Part shown: piece after piece, positions 26,401-40,680 of the stretch | How the letters are laid out: every line of letters begins with the position of its first letter | Position numbering within the stretch: the first letter of the stretch is position 1 | Assembly (NCBI GenBank): GCA_039621445.1 | Contig: CP154954.1 | Location: 44,123,847 to 44,187,846 of the forward strand | DNA: 64,000 bases | Direction of reading: 5' to 3' | Source: Euglena gracilis | Lineage: Eukaryota | The notes under the pieces: model-generated | The model's database searches: none | What the model was told of the DNA's origin: nothing | Seen by the model: the letters and a program-made list of their open reading frames with translations, nothing else | Position numbers and translations under genes: made by a program

Positions 26401-27476
26401 CAGACCTGTGAAAACTTCAATGGGCCGATCGACATGGCTATGCGCCCAAAGGAGCCCAAAAGGTGCTCCAAAATGTTCAGAAACTGGGTATTTGGGGCGA
26501 AATTGGCCGTGATTCCTTGAACGCCGGTTCGGGCGTGAAGCCAGAGAGAGCCCCTAATCCACGGTTTCAACAACTGTGTCCAGAACACGGTTCGGGCGTG
26601 AAGCCGTGTTTCAGAACGCCGGTTCGGGTTTGGAGTTTGATGGGATTGAGAGCACCTAAAACCGACCCAAAAATTCCTTATTTCTCTCTTTGTCCCAAGA
26701 ATCCTTTACAAATAGTGCCATGACACTGTACTGAAACCGTGTATTGGGGCTCTGGCTTCACGCCCGAACCGGCGTTCCGGAGTCTGGGGGACCCAAAATA
26801 AAAAGTGCCAAAAAGTGTCCAAAAGGGTTTGTAGACATGTGGCAATCATATCTGAGCAGTTTTTTGGGGGGTATTTGGCCAGAAATTGGGGTATTTTGTG
26901 GAACAATTTCCATTTGGCCAAATTTGGGGAATTTCTGAAATAGAGTGCCATGCAGCACGGCTGAAATCTAAGGCCATCTGCTGAAAGTCCTTGAGAAGGG
27001 CTATCGATCAAGAGGCAATATGGCAGGTGGACAGTGGATTTTAGAATTTGCGAAAAGGGTCGGAATATGCGATTGGCGATTTTCAGGGCGCTATGCAGTG
27101 TGGTCTGAGGCTACCAAGCGAAGTCTTGGGGAGAGCTTTCGATTGATATGCTGCATGGCACCTGAGGTGTGGGATTTCACAAATTAAGATGTCAAATTTT
27201 GGAATACACGATCGCTGAAAATAAGCGCTGTGTGCATCATGGCTGAATCCTGTGGCCATCTGTCAAAAGCCCTTGGGAAGAGCTTTCGATTGATGGGTAA
27301 CATGGCACCAGACGCATGAAAACTTCAGTTGGCCAATCGACATGGCCATGAGCCCAAAGGAGCCCAAAAGGTGCTCCAAAATGTTCAGAAACTGGGTATT
27401 TGGGGCGAAATTGGCCGTGATTCCTTGAACGCCGGTTCGGGCGTGAAGCCGGAGAGAGCCCCTAATCCACGGTTTC

Positions 27477-28705
27477 TATACAAAAATCGACCGACACTAA
27501 CAGATTCAGCAGGGGCGCCGGGCGCGAGCGAGCGAAGCGAGCCGCCCGGCGCCCCTGCTGAATCTGTTAGTGTCGGTCGATTTTTGTAAAACCTATTTTG
27601 TCTGGGCCCGACGCCTGTTTTGAAATTCATTCGACCGAACTGCCTGGGCGGAAATATGGCCAAAAAAGTGGTTTTTGGTCCATTAACGGGCGCCTGAATG
27701 GAAATCGACTGACATAAACGGGCGCCTGAATGGAAATCGACCGACATAAACGGGCGCCTGAATGGAAATCGACCGACATAAACGGGCTCCTGAATGGAAA
27801 TTGACTGACATAAACGGATTCCGATGTCATGGAAATCGACCAACCTTTTGTGTCCTTTTCTGAATGCCTTTTTGTTCCGTTTTGGGACATTGTCAATTTC
27901 AACCTGAAATCCGTTATGTCGACCAACCTTTTTTCTCATTTTTCTGAATGCTTTTTGCTTCCATTTTGACAGAACAGAATAATAACAATAGAAATTCCAA
28001 TACAGGCGTCGAGCCCAGAAAACAGGTTTTAACAGTTGCCACCCCTCACCAGAAAGCTTTTCTTTCAGACGACCAGCGATGACAACTGAATCGGGCCAAA
28101 ACATTATAATCGAAAGTTCCGTCCTTCCGTCCGTTCCATCCAAAATTCAGCCAGCTGTGATCACCTGACCCCCTCCCCCTCCCACCCCCTCCAAAAAAAA
28201 TTCATCCAAATATGAACAAAAATGATTCGAAACCCACCCAAATGCCTTCTAAAACCCCCAACCCGACCACCAATGGTCAGTGGCCATGGTCGCCAGCGAC
28301 TAGTCGCTAGCGACCATGGTCGCTAGGGACCAGTCGCTAGCGACCACCAAAAAATCTATCACCAGTTTCCCGCAATGAGCCGCAAAATTTGTTTTTTTGT
28401 CTGGTCCATAACGCCTCCAGAACCCCACAGGGCCAAAAATGTCGAAAAAAAAGGGAAATCCAAAATGTCCAAAAGTCACTAAAAATTCCCAATCTGACCA
28501 GCAACAGATTTCAATGGAATGGAAATCGACCGACATAAACGGGCGCCTGAATGGAATTGACCGACATAAACGGGCGCCTGAATGGAAATCGACCGACATA
28601 AACGGGCGCCTGAATGGAAATCGACTGACACAAACAATTTCAGGCTGAAATCCGTTAATGTCAGTAGAATTTCAAGACAGGCGTCGGGCCCAGAAAATAG
28701 GTTTT
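27477..28705 (-). mobile_element. Hairpin-ended non-autonomous element (Helentron/Helitron2-like architecture), copy 1
   Basis: Perfect 46-bp stem hairpin at 27479-27588, asymmetric inverted repeats AAAACCTATTTT(G)TCTGGGCCCGACGCCTG and 32-bp tandem repeats. An empty-site paralog GGTTTCAACAACTG lies at about 26563. Confidence 0.7.
28170..28381. mobile_element. Truncated terminal fragment related to the 57806-63581 transposon
   Basis: GTCGCTAGCGACC repeats and the terminus TTCCCGCAATGAGCC, identical to the end at 63581. Absent from the paralogous site at about 55960. Confidence 0.7.
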
Positions 28706-31700
28706 AACAATTGTGCCAAAACGCCGCGCCGGTTCGGGCGTGAAACAAGAACGCCGGTTCGGGCGGCCGCCCGAACCGGCGTTCTGGTTCTGGAACATTT
28801 CACGCCCGAACCGGCGTTCTGGACACAGTTTTCGTATCAGTTCCCATCCCCCCTATGGGAACAGTAAGGGGGGGGGGAACAGTAAAGGGGGGGGCATGGT
28901 AAGCTGGGGCGACTTGGTGGCAATACGACGCATGGCCGTCCTTGCCTTGCTCACACAAGGGGATTTCTTTATTGGGGGGGCGGGTGCGGGGGCGGGAGCA
29001 TCCCCGCCAGTCGAAGGCACCTTGCAAAAAAAAATGGTTGCTGATGGCGGATGGATGCCTTGCTGATGGCGTTTTCCTGTTGCCAAAAAGTTTTTTTGAC
29101 GTTATTCGAAGGAGCAGGGTTAGGGTTACGATTCTTATCCAAACAGCAGAACATTTCCCACTCAACGTTGTTAGATTGGTCTCTACAAAGCACCCAGCGA
29201 ACCCAAAGAGCCGCCCAACAAGGGTTAAAAACATGGGGGGACCCTCGCTCGGTGCTTTCTGCGCCTCGCTCGGGTCCCCCCATGTGTATTAACCCCAGTT
29301 TGGCGGCTCTTTGGGGTAGCTGGTACCTTGCAGGGGCCAATTTACCATGCCCCCCCCCCCCGAGCGGCTCCGTGCGGATGATGACGATCCCCGAGGTGGT
29401 GCCGACCATGGTCGGGCCGACCATTGGCTATGGCTTATCGACCATTGGAGGTCGGGCCGACCTCATAGTTGACAGCTTGCTTTTTTTGGACGCTGTTTTT
29501 TTGTTTTTTTTAATTTTAACAATGTTTTTTAAAAAAAACGCCAACAAGGTTTTGCTCGGAAAAAAATTTTGAATGCATATTTTCAATCATTTTTGGCAAG
29601 CTTTGGGTCATTTCTGCCAAAAATTTCCTGGCACAAAAAATGAAAAAAGTCATAAAGTTGCATTTTTTTTGCATTTTTTCGCATGTTTTTGACCATTTTT
29701 TGGCAATTTTTGAGCTTAGTAGGATTCGAAGTATGGATTGGGTGTTTCATACCGAGTTTTTTCAATGAAATTTTCGTTTTGTTTTTTTGATGTTTTTTTT
29801 TGGCGTTTTTTTCAAAAAAACACGTTGTTTTGTTGTTGTTTTTAAAGAACAAAAAAAGCCAACTATGGCCATAGGAGGCTGTAGGAGGAGGGTTTTTCCT
29901 TTTTTTGTCGGCCCAACCTCCAATCAACGACATAATTTTCAGTGGCGGTCGCATAACGAACAAGTACCTCTTTTTGAAGCCCGAAAAATTTTGGGGGCTG
30001 CAGCCGGTTGTTCACAAACGTGATAAATTGGCCCCTACAAGGTACCAGCTGCCCCAAAGAGCCGCCCAACTAGGGTTAATACACATGGGGGAACACTCGC
30101 TCGGTGCCTTCGGCGACTCGCTCGGGTCCCCCCATGCTTTTAACCCCAGTTAGGCGGCTCTTTGGGTTCGCTGGGTGCTTTGTAGAGACCAATCTAACAA
30201 CATTGAGCGGGAAATGTTCTGCTGTTTGCATAATAATCGTAAACCTAACCCTACTCCTTCAAATAACGTCAGAAATTCTTTTTGGCTGCGGATTAACGCC
30301 AGGGGGAACACCCCCCCATTTTTTGTGAACATCCAAAAAAGTTGCCAAAAATGACCCCTTTTGGGCGGTCCGAGGGTATGGGAATAGCTCGGGGGGGGGG
30401 GGGGGGGAGACCAAGGTCCCCCCTCGAGCTGTTCCCCGGGGGAGCTGAAATGAAGGCATTTTTGGCCAAAAAAATGCACGAGCAAGGCGTCACTCTCTGT
30501 TCACCATAACCAACAATGTCAGCCATGGTGCCCCGTACTTGTGACCAGGGGAGAAGGATTCGATGCGGGGTCTCTGAAAACCTAGTGTCCTCATCATCAT
30601 TGGATGAGTACCCACACCTCATCACCCAAAGGTTTTTTCTTGAATATGGACAAAATGCCTCCAAAAAGTGTAAAAAAAAAGGTGGGGAAATGGAAAAAAC
30701 CGCAAAAAATGCGAAAAAATTCTTTCAAAAAGGGGCAGAATAGAGCACAAATCAAACAACATAACTCAGCGTCAATGCAACATTGGTCAAGGAGCAATTT
30801 GATAATATGCAATCAAAATTAAAAAAAACCAAAATGAAACTGCAACATATAAAAAAAGCCGTAAATTCTTAAGACGCAAAAAAATGCACGAAAAAAATCG
30901 AAAAAATGCGCAAAAAATGCGAAAAAAAGTGCAAAAATGCGCATTTTCCCAAAAATCCGGAAAATGCGCAAAAAATGCGCAAAAAAATGCGAAAAAATGC
31001 GAAACGCATTCCCCCCCCCCCTGCAGGTGCCATCAATCGAAAGCTCTCCCCAAGACCTTTCGCTTGGTACCCTCAGAACTCAGCTACACTGCAGAGCACT
31101 CTGAAAATCGGCGATCGCATTTTTCAACCCTGTTTGCAAAGTCGAAATTCCTATGTTTCACCAGCCATGTTGCCCATCGATCGAAAGCTCTTCTCAAGGG
31201 CTTTCAGCAGATGGCCTTAGATTCCAGCCCTGCTGCATGGTATTCTATTTCAAAAATTCCCCAAATTTGGCCAAATGGAAATTATTGCACAAAATACCCC
31301 AATATCTGGCCAAATACCCCCCAAAAGCTACTCAGATGTGATTGCCACGTGTCTACTAACCATTTTGAACGGTTTTTTGCACTTTTTATTTTCGGTCCCC
31401 TGGACGCCATCTTCCCGCCCGTCCAGAACGCCGGTTCGGCACAAAAATTTCTGCGCTGAACCGGCGTCCAGAACGCCGGTACGGGCGTGAAGCCAGAGCC
31501 CCAATACACGCTTTCAGTACAGTGTCATGGCACTATTTGTAAAAGGATTCTTCGGACAAAAGGAATTTTTGGGTCGGTTTTAGGTGCTCTCAATCCCGTC
31601 AAACTCCAAACCAACGCCAATCGATGTTGTGGAGGTGCAATTTTCAAGCATGTGAACCAAAAAACTTCATTTTTGGAATTTTAGGTGGCCTTTTGGGTCT

Positions 31701-32391
31701 AACTTGGTTGGTCAGCCCATGGCCCATGGGAACAGTAAGGGGCGGGGAGCTCGTGCCCCCCTCAGAGGGCCACAGGACGGGAACAGCAAGGGGGGGCATG
31801 GTATAGGTAAATGCTAAAACAGCCCTTCTTTATGTTCCATAGGGTTTGGCAAGGGTTTGGATGCTTCCAAAATGGAAAACTATAGAGGTCGTTTCTACCG
31901 ACCACATGGTCGGCAAGAACATCAGGTCGGGCCGACCAGGTCGGACCGACCTACAGTCAAAAGTCCTTTGAAAATCCTTTGGGGGATGTTGTGGTACAGT
32001 GGCCATTTCTGTCGACCACCAGAGGTCGATTACAGATGGTCGGGCCAACCTAGGTCGGCCCGATTACCAGAAGTAGCAAGGCCAATATTCCACCTGGGGC
32101 TGGAAATGATGACGTATGCCTCCTGTGATCACAAATGGCGGCAAGATGAACGGGTTTCATTTGCAACCTGCATAAATTCAAAACATTCATAAAATAACCA
32201 AAAATGTAGCAGAGGGCAAATCTTGGGGGGGAGCAAGAAAAACAAGTAATATGCCCAAAAGCCACTTGAAATACCTCTTTCCATTATTTTTTCATAAATG
32301 GATTTGGAATTGAACCCCCCCAAAAAACTGGCAGTGCACCGGCATTGCCAACCCCCTCAGGAGCTCAGACAGGATACACGCGACCTTGCTT

Positions 32392-33983
32392 GGCCCCGAG
32401 CGGATTTCCAGTGGTCGTCCTTGTGGTCGGGCCCGCCTTGTCGACCTGTGGTGGTCGGCCCGACCACCATTTTTTTTGCACTACCCCCCCCTTTCTGGAG
32501 ATTTAAGCCCCCCCCTGAAAAAAACTTTTGTCCAAATCACCCCAACACCAATCAAAACCCACTTAAATGGCTCCAGAACCCCCCAATCGGGGGTGAATAT
32601 GCAAAAACTTGGGGGGAAAATGCCCATTTTGGGCCACTTTTGGCAAAAGAACACCTCTCCCCATCAGATTTTCAATATAATGGCAAAATTTTGCACAAAA
32701 AGGACTTAGCACTCAAGTATGTTACCAACATAGAGGAGATTTTGTTATTTGAGGGGGGGGTACGGGGGGGGGCTCCGCCCCCCCCCGCCAATGCAAAAGT
32801 GAGCCACAAAAACAACTTAGCCCCCGAGTATGTTGCCAACTTAGAAGGGATTTTGTTATTTGAAGTTCGGATGGGATTTCCATCTGGGGGTGTTTACTTA
32901 TTTGGACCCATCCGGACCATTTCCGGGTGATTTGGGCCCGCCACGGACCATTTTTATGACCACCGACTAGCCAACGACTCGTTTGCATAGGATTTTCTTC
33001 ATGGGGGGGGACTTAAACGTCGGCGGTACTGACCCGTTAGTACATTAGAGTGGGTGGTTGGCCGATTACCCAATACGCCCCCACCCCGTCTCGCCGACCA
33101 GCTACCGACCATTAGTCGGCCGACTCCCCCCCCCCCCCCGGTCTGCCGCCATGCGCCCCGAAGGCCGCCTGGCCGAAGGCCGCTGCAGTTCAGAACCTGA
33201 AAAGTTGATGATGTTATTTAAAGGCGTACGGTTAGGGTCAAATTTCGATTCCTAACTGTCCCATCCCATCCCCTCAACGTCGTTAAATTGGTGTCTGCAG
33301 GGGACCCAGCGAACCCAAAGAGGCGCCCAACTAGGGTCCCCCAATGTGTATTAACCCTAGTTGGGCGCCTCTTTGGGGTAGCTGGTCCCCTGCAGGCACC
33401 AATTCATCACGCATCAGTCACCGACCCTTCAACTGGTCGATCGACCCTTCAACTAGTTGGTGGTAGGCTGCAGGGGGGGGGGGTCCTGGCCAATTGGTCG
33501 GTCGACCAGGCCTAGTCGGCAGCTAATCGGCGAGACAGGGGGGGGGGGGCAGTTGGCCGATTATTCGGTGAAATACCCACTCTAATGTACTAATGAGTCA
33601 ACCGCCGACTTTTGAGCCCCCCCCCCTGACAAAAACTTCGGATGGGGGTGGACGGGGGAGTTTTCTGCCTCTCGTGAGAGTCATGGCCAGTTTCCCCCCC
33701 CCCCAGGACCCCCCCAGGACCCCCCCCAGGACAGAGTCCTGGGGGGGGAACTGGCCAAAACTGCATTTCCGGGTGATTTGGGCCCGCCACAGACCATATT
33801 TATGACCACCGACTAGCCACCAACCAGGGGGGGGGGGGCTTAAAAGTTCAAAAGGGGGGGGGTATTGCGGGAAAATGGTGGTCGGCCCGACCACCACAGG
33901 TCGGTTGACCACCACCACAGGTCGGCCCGACCATGGTCGGCCCGACCACCACGACGGCGACCACCGGAAATCCGCTCGGAGCC
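32392..33983. mobile_element. MULE-like MITE
   Basis: TIRs GGCCCCGAGCGGATTTCC / GGAAATCCGCTCGGAGCC. Degenerate 9-bp TSD ACCTTGCTT / ACCTTGATC. Confidence 0.75.
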
Positions 33984-36537
33984 ACCTTGATCTTCACACA
34001 TGAGCAGTGCCAGACGGTATACTGGGGGGGGGGGGTCCTGGGTGGTCGGCCGACCACCCAACTGGTCGGCCGACTAGGCCTGGTCGGCAGCTAGTCGGCG
34101 AGACGGGGGGGGGGGGGGTAGTGGCAGACGGGCCCGTAACGACATTAGGGTGGGGGGTCGGCCGACTAGTCGGCCGACCACCCACTCTAATGTAGTTACG
34201 GGCCAGTTTCGCCGACTTTTAAGCCCCCCCCCTGAGAAAAAACTTTTGTCCAAATCACCTCAACACCAGTCAAAACCCACCCAAATGGCTCCAGAACCCC
34301 CCAATCAGGGGTGAATATGCAAAAAAATTGGGGGAAAATGTCCATTTTGGGCCACTTTTGGCAAAAGAACACCTCTCCCCGTTGTATATAAGTCAATATA
34401 AGTCAAATTTTGCACAAAAAGGACTTGGCCCTCCAAGTATATTGCCAACATAGAAGGGATTTTGTTATTTGAGGGGGGGGTGCGGGGGGCGGAGCCCCCC
34501 CCCCCCCCCCCCGCCTATGCCAAAGTGAGCCACAAAAACGACTTAGCCCCCGAGTATGTTGCCAACACAGAAGGGATTTTGTCATCTGAGGCTCGGATGG
34601 GGTGGAGGGGGGAGTTTTCAGCCTGTCGTGATGCAGAATGCTTGCATTTCTAAAGGATTTCCATGTAATCCCTGTTTCGTCATTGGTTTTTACCCCTCCG
34701 GACCCCATCAAGGGCCCACGGACCCCCCACCGACCAAATATTTCCATCTGAGGGTGTTCCTGTTGGTGTAAGGCACTTATTTGGACCCATCCGGACCATT
34801 TCCGGGTGGTTTGGGCCCGCCACAGACCATTTTTATGACCACCGACTAGCCACCGACTAGTTTGCATACAATTTTCTTCATAAAAAGTCGGCGAGACTGG
34901 CCCGTAATTACATTAGAGTGGGTGGTCAGCCGACTAATCTGCCGACCACCCACTACCCCCCCCCCCCGTCTCGCCGACTAGCTGCCGACCAGGCCTAGTC
35001 AGCCGACCAGTTGGGTGGTCGGCCGACTAGTCGGCCGACCACCCAGGACCCCCCCCCCCAGTCTACCGCCTAGAGCCCACATGAGCACATGAGTGCAATT
35101 AATAAAACCCAAACAGGTGGGCATTCTAGATAAAGGGACTTGTTGTTCAGGGGGGGGAACATGTGCACCTTGTCCAATTCTTGCAACACCTCGTCATGGT
35201 GTGTCTCATCATCGAAATAAGGCTTCTTCTCAACACCCTAGAAATCATCTTCCACAAGCTCAAAACCGCAAAAGAAGCCTGGTCTGGATTTCCTGGACTT
35301 CCAGCAAAGGAGCTTCGCTTGTGGCGGTTTTTCAAAAAATGAGACATTACTTCATTCTATGATGAAGAAAAGATGGCAATTGTAAAAACCTTCAAATATT
35401 TTTGGGCTGAGGGGGGGGGTCTGTACCGACCCATATAGAAAACCGGGTCCCGAAACAGGGCTGGATAGAGGCAGAGGTAGAGGTCAAAATCCTCTACCTC
35501 TATCTGACCCACCTCTACCTCTACCTCTACCTCTATGTCACCTCTATGTCCATAAAATGTCATAAACTGGCACCAATAAGGGCCACAAAAGGCTCCAAAT
35601 GCCTCAAATTTGGCAAAGTAGCATCTCAACGCATCTTATTTAGGTTAGGAATGAGAAAAAATATCCGGATGGGTGGTATCAAGAATTGCCATAGGAGGCC
35701 AAACCGCGGTTATCACCGCGGTTACACCGCGGTTACATCGCGGTTACGTGGGCAAGGTGCCTTGCAAGGTAGTGGAGGCAGAGTTTCGGGGGCGTCGGCA
35801 AAATGGGAAATCCCCCCAAAGTAAGACCACCCGAAAAGACGGTAACCCTCCCAAATAACACCCCCCCCCGGTGTGTTATTTGGGCACATGAGCTGGAGCC
35901 CCAGGGGGTAGGGTGGAGTGCCAAACGGTAGACTGGGGGGGGGGGGTAGTGGGTAGTCGGCCGACTAGTCGGCCGACTACCCACTCTAATGTGCTAACGG
36001 GTCAAAACCGCCGACTTTTAAGCCCCCCCCCCTGAGAAAAAACTTTTGTCCAAATCACCTCAACACCAGTCAAAACCCACCCAAATGGCTCCAGAACCCC
36101 CCAATCGGGGGTGAATATGCAAAAAAATTGGGGGAAAATGTCCATTTTGGGCCACTTTTGACAAAAGAACTCCTCTCCCCATTGGATTTTCAATATAAGT
36201 CAAAATTTGCACAAAAAAAGGTCTTATCCCTCCAAGTCTATTGCCAACATAGAAGGGATTTTGTTATTGTTAGGGGGGGTGCCCCCCCCCCCGCCCATGC
36301 CAAAGTGAGCCACAAAAACGACTTAGCCCCCGAGTATGTTGCCAACACAGAAGGGATTTTGTTATTTGAGGCTCGGATGGGGGTGGAGGGAGGAGTTTTC
36401 TGCCTCTCGTGATGCAGAATGCTTGCATTTCTAAAGGATTTTCATGTAATCCCTGTTTCATCGTTGGTTTTTTACCCCTCCGGACCCCCATCAAGGGCCC
36501 ACGGACCCCCCACCGACCAAAGATTTCCATCTGGGGG

Positions 36538-38833
36538 GGCCCCGAGCGGATTTCCGGTGGTGGTCGCTGTGGTGGTCGGCCCGACCATGGTCGGCCCGAC
36601 CAATGGTCGGCCCGACCATGGTCGGCCCGACCACCATTTTTTTGCACTTCCCCCCCCCCCTTTCTGGAAATTTAAGCCCCCCCCCCTGAAAATTTTTTTG
36701 TCCAAATCACCCCAAAACCAGTCAAAACCCACTTAAATGGCTCCAGAACCCACCAATCGGGGGTGAATATGCAAAAACTTGGGGGGGAAATGCCCATTTT
36801 GGGCCACTTTTGGCAAAAGAACACCTCTCCCCATCGGATTTTCAATATAATTGCAAAATTTTGCACAAAAAGGATTTAGCCCTCCAAGTATGTTGCCAAC
36901 ATACAGGGGATTTTGTTATTTGAGGGGGGGTGCGGGGGGGGCGGAGCCCCCCCCCCCCCCGCCTATGAAAAAGTGAGCCACAAAAACAACTTATCCCCCG
37001 AGTATGTTGCCAACTCAGAAGGGATTTTGTTATTTGACGTTCGGATGGGGGTGGAGGGAGGAGTTTCCTGCCTCTTGTGATGCAGAATGCTTGCATTTCT
37101 AAAGGATTTTCATGTAATCCCTGTTTCATCATTGTTTTTTTACCCCTCCGGGCCCCATCAAGGGTCCACCGACCCCCCACCGACCAAAGATTTCCATCTG
37201 GGGGTGTTTATGTTGGTGTAAGACACTTATTTGGACCCATCCGGACCATTTCCGGGTGATTTGGGCCCGCCACAGACCATGTTTATGACCACCGACCAGC
37301 CACCGACTTGTTTGCATGGGATTTTCTTCAGGGGGACTTAAATGTCGGCGGTACTGACCCGTTAGTACATTAGAGTGGGTAGTCAGACTACCCAATACCC
37401 CCCCACCCCGTCTCGCCGACTAGCTACCGACCATTAGTCGGCCGACTCCCCCCCCACCCCCCAGTCTACTGCCATGCGCCACGAAGGCCTCCTGGTCGAA
37501 GGCCGTGCAGCGGCCGAGGGCCGCCGCAACGGCCGAAGGCCGCTGCAATTCAGACCAACCAGTCGGCCAACTACCCAATACCCCCCCCACCCCGTCTCGC
37601 CAACTAGCTACCGACCATTAGTCGACCGACTCCCCCCCCCCCCCCCGCCAGTCTACCGCCATGCGCCCCGAAGGCCGCCTGGCCGAAGGCCGAAGGCCGT
37701 GCATCGGCCGAAGGCCGAAGGCCGAAGCCCGCGCAGCGGCCAAAGGCCGCTGCAATTCAGAACTTGAAAAGTTGATGACGTTATTTAAAGGAGTAGGGTT
37801 AGGGTCAGGTTTCCATCCCTAACTGTCCCATCCCATCCCCTCAACGTCGTTAAATTGGTGTCTGCAGGGGACCCAGCGAACCCAAAGAGGCGCCCAACTA
37901 GGGTTAAAAACATTGGGGGACCCGAGCGAGGCGCCGAAGGCGCCGAGCGAGGGTCCCCCAATGTGTATTAACCCTAGTTGGGCGCCTCTTTGGGGTAGCT
38001 GATCCCCTGCAGGCACCACTTTTTCACGCATCAGTCACCGACCCTTCAGCTGGTCGATCGACCCTTCAACTATTTGGTGGCAGGCTGGAAGGGGGGGCTG
38101 GCTAGTCGGCCGACTAGTCGGCTGACTAGCCAGTTTGGTTGGCCGACCGACGACGCCAATTGGTCGGTTGGCCTAGTCGGCAGCTAGTCGGTGAGACAGG
38201 GGGGGGGAGCCAGTTGGCCGACTAGTCGGCGAACTACCCACTCTGTGCTACTGAGTCAACTGCCGACTTTTAAACCCCCCCCTGAAAGAAAACTTCCGAT
38301 GGGGTGGAGGGGGGAGTTTTCTGCCTCTCGTGAGAGTCATGGCCAGTTTCCCCCCCAGGACCCGTCACCGGGGGGCGGTACCCACTTTAGAATAACCTGA
38401 ACTTGTGCTGCAAAATTTCTGCAAAAAAATGCGGGACCCACCAAGGACCCCCCCCCAGCACCCCCCCAGGACCCCCCCAGCACCCTCCGAAGGACCCCCC
38501 CAGGACCCCCCCAGGACCCCCCCAGGACCCCCCCAGACCCCCCCCCAGGACCCCCCAGGACATGGTCCTGGGGGGGGGGAAGAACTGGCCATAAGTGCAT
38601 TTCCGGGTGATTTGGGGCCTTCACAGACCATTTTTATGCCCACCGACCACCCACCGACCAGGGGGGGGGGGGCTTAAAAATGCAAAAAAAGGGGGGGGTA
38701 GTGCAAAAAAATGGTGGTCGGCCCGACCTGGTCGGCCCGACCACCACAGGTCGGTCGACCACCACCACAGGTCGGGCCGACCATGGTCGGCCCGACCACC
38801 ACAGCGACCACCACCGGAAATCCGCACGGAGCC
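36538..38833. mobile_element. MULE-like MITE inserted in a related repeat
   Basis: TIRs GGCCCCGAGCGGATTTCCGGTGGTGGTCGCTGTGG / CCACAGCGACCACCACCGGAAATCCGCACGGAGCC. Perfect 9-bp TSD ATCTGGGGG at 36529-36537 and 38834-38842. Confidence 0.85.
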
Positions 38834-40053
38834 ATCTGGGGGTGTTTATTTAGGCGTAAGACACTTATTTGGACCCATCCGGACCATTTCCGGGTGGTTT
38901 GGGCCCGCAACAGACCGTTTTTATGACCGCCGACTAGCCACCAACAAGTTTGCATTGAATTTTCTTCATGGGGGGGGGCTTAAAAGTCAGCGGTTTGGAC
39001 CCGTTAGTACATTAGAGTGGGTAGTCGGCTGACTAGTCGGCCGACTACCCACTACCCCCCCCCCTGTCTCGCCGACTAGCTACCGACCAGGCCTAGTCGG
39101 CCGACCAATTGGGTAGTTGGCCGACTAGTCGGCCGACTACCCACCACCCCCACCCCAGTCCACCGCCTTGCGCCGTAGGGTGGTGACATTCGTGAAAAGT
39201 TGTCGGAAGATAAATAAAAAATCGTGAAATTTGGTGAAATTTCAGGTGCCGGAAATTTCAGTCACCACCCTAAAGGAGGGGGGGGGGGGGTTATTTGGGT
39301 GTGTGCTATTTGACACATGGAAACCCAAAGGAAAACAGGGGGGTTATTTTGGCGCTCGAAATCGGCCCCAGAGGGGGGGGGTGGCATTTGGGGGGGGTGT
39401 TATTTGGGGGGGGGGGGGGTTATTTGGGGGGGTTTACTCCTTCGCTAAATGACCCCCACCTCTAAAATGACAAGTCAGTTCTCTTGAGGCCAGAAACGGG
39501 TCATTATGAGGTTATTTGAAGGAGAAGAGTTAGGGTTAAGGTTCTTGCAAACAGTTAATCCTTCTCGCTGAACGTCGCGGGGGGGGGGGGTCGCAGGGGG
39601 AATGTGGCAGTTTTGACGGGTCACACGTGACCAGTGTGACCTCACACACAACGTCACATGTGACCTCCTTTTTGAACTTTTGTGTCCAAAAATAGGTCCA
39701 ATTGGGAATTTATCACACATTTTTGGCAATTTTGATTCCTAATTTGGGTGCTAATTCCTAATTAGGTGCCATTTTTTGGCTCCCACTGGGATGCGGAAAC
39801 CCTCCATGTGTGGGTCGCGGGGGGGTACACCCCCCTTGTTCTTGTTCTCACCGCGGTTACACCGCGGTTATCTGGGCTCCTCCATAAGAGATTTGTGACA
39901 AGAATGGCCAATTTCTGATTTTTTCCATAAAATTGCCTTCGTTCGGCATAAATTTTCTTTGATAAGCCACTTTCTTCAAAAGTTTGACATTGAGGTGACA
40001 TAGAGGGATAGGTGACCTCTACCTCTACCTCTATCTCTCTCCCTCTACCTCCA

Positions 40054-40520
40054 CAGTCCCTGGGGGTAAATTTCCCCCCCCTAGGGAGGGTTTTTTGGGC
40101 TCTTGACCAGGGGAGGGGGAATTTTCGGCCCTTTCGGGCACTTTGTCCCGTCCCTTCTATTATTTGAAGCCATGAAGCCCACCGGGATTCGGAATTCATT
40201 TGCCGTTTATTTATGTTGTGGGGTTGTTGTGGTATATTCCCGAACACCTCTGTTCGTCTTATTGACAGATGCATGCCGAGGATGGTTCAATGGACAAAAT
40301 ACCCAAAAGCTGGCAAGTCTTCGACCCAGGAACCAGGCAAGTGGTGCCCTTGCATGCACAAAAAAAAGTTCCAACCCACCTGTCTTAGTTGTTCCTCTGG
40401 GGCTGAAGGGGGGGGGGAAGTTTTCGCCCGTTTCGGAGCCTTTGCAAAACCAGGAAAATTCCCAAAATTCAGGGGGGGGAAATTTTTCGGGGGGGGGGGA
40501 CAATTTACGCCCAAGGACTG
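40054..40520. mobile_element. Tc1/mariner-like MITE, internal-deletion relative of 40681-42680
   Basis: CAGTCC..GGACTG termini with CA/TA flanks. Both arms are shared with the adjacent 2-kb element. Confidence 0.75.
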
Positions 40521-40680
40521 TATCCAGCCCTGCCCGAAAGTACCATCTGCGCCAAAATTTCCATCCAATGTGCCCCCCCCCCCAAACTACCATGCCCCCC
40601 TCATATAAGACCCCCTGGCCAGCCGAAGGGCGGCCCTTTGGCCGGGACCGACCCCCCCCCATATAAGACCCCCCCTCTTA

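Larger units (their letters stand above)
24488..32101. mobile_element. MULE-like non-autonomous TIR element enlarged by nested insertions
   Basis: TIRs GGCTCCGTGCGGAACATTGGCCATGCTACTTCTGGT / ACCAGAAGTAGCAAGGCCAATATTCCACCTGGGGCT. 9-bp TSD GGAAATGAT at 24479-24487 and 32102-32110. Confidence 0.75.
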
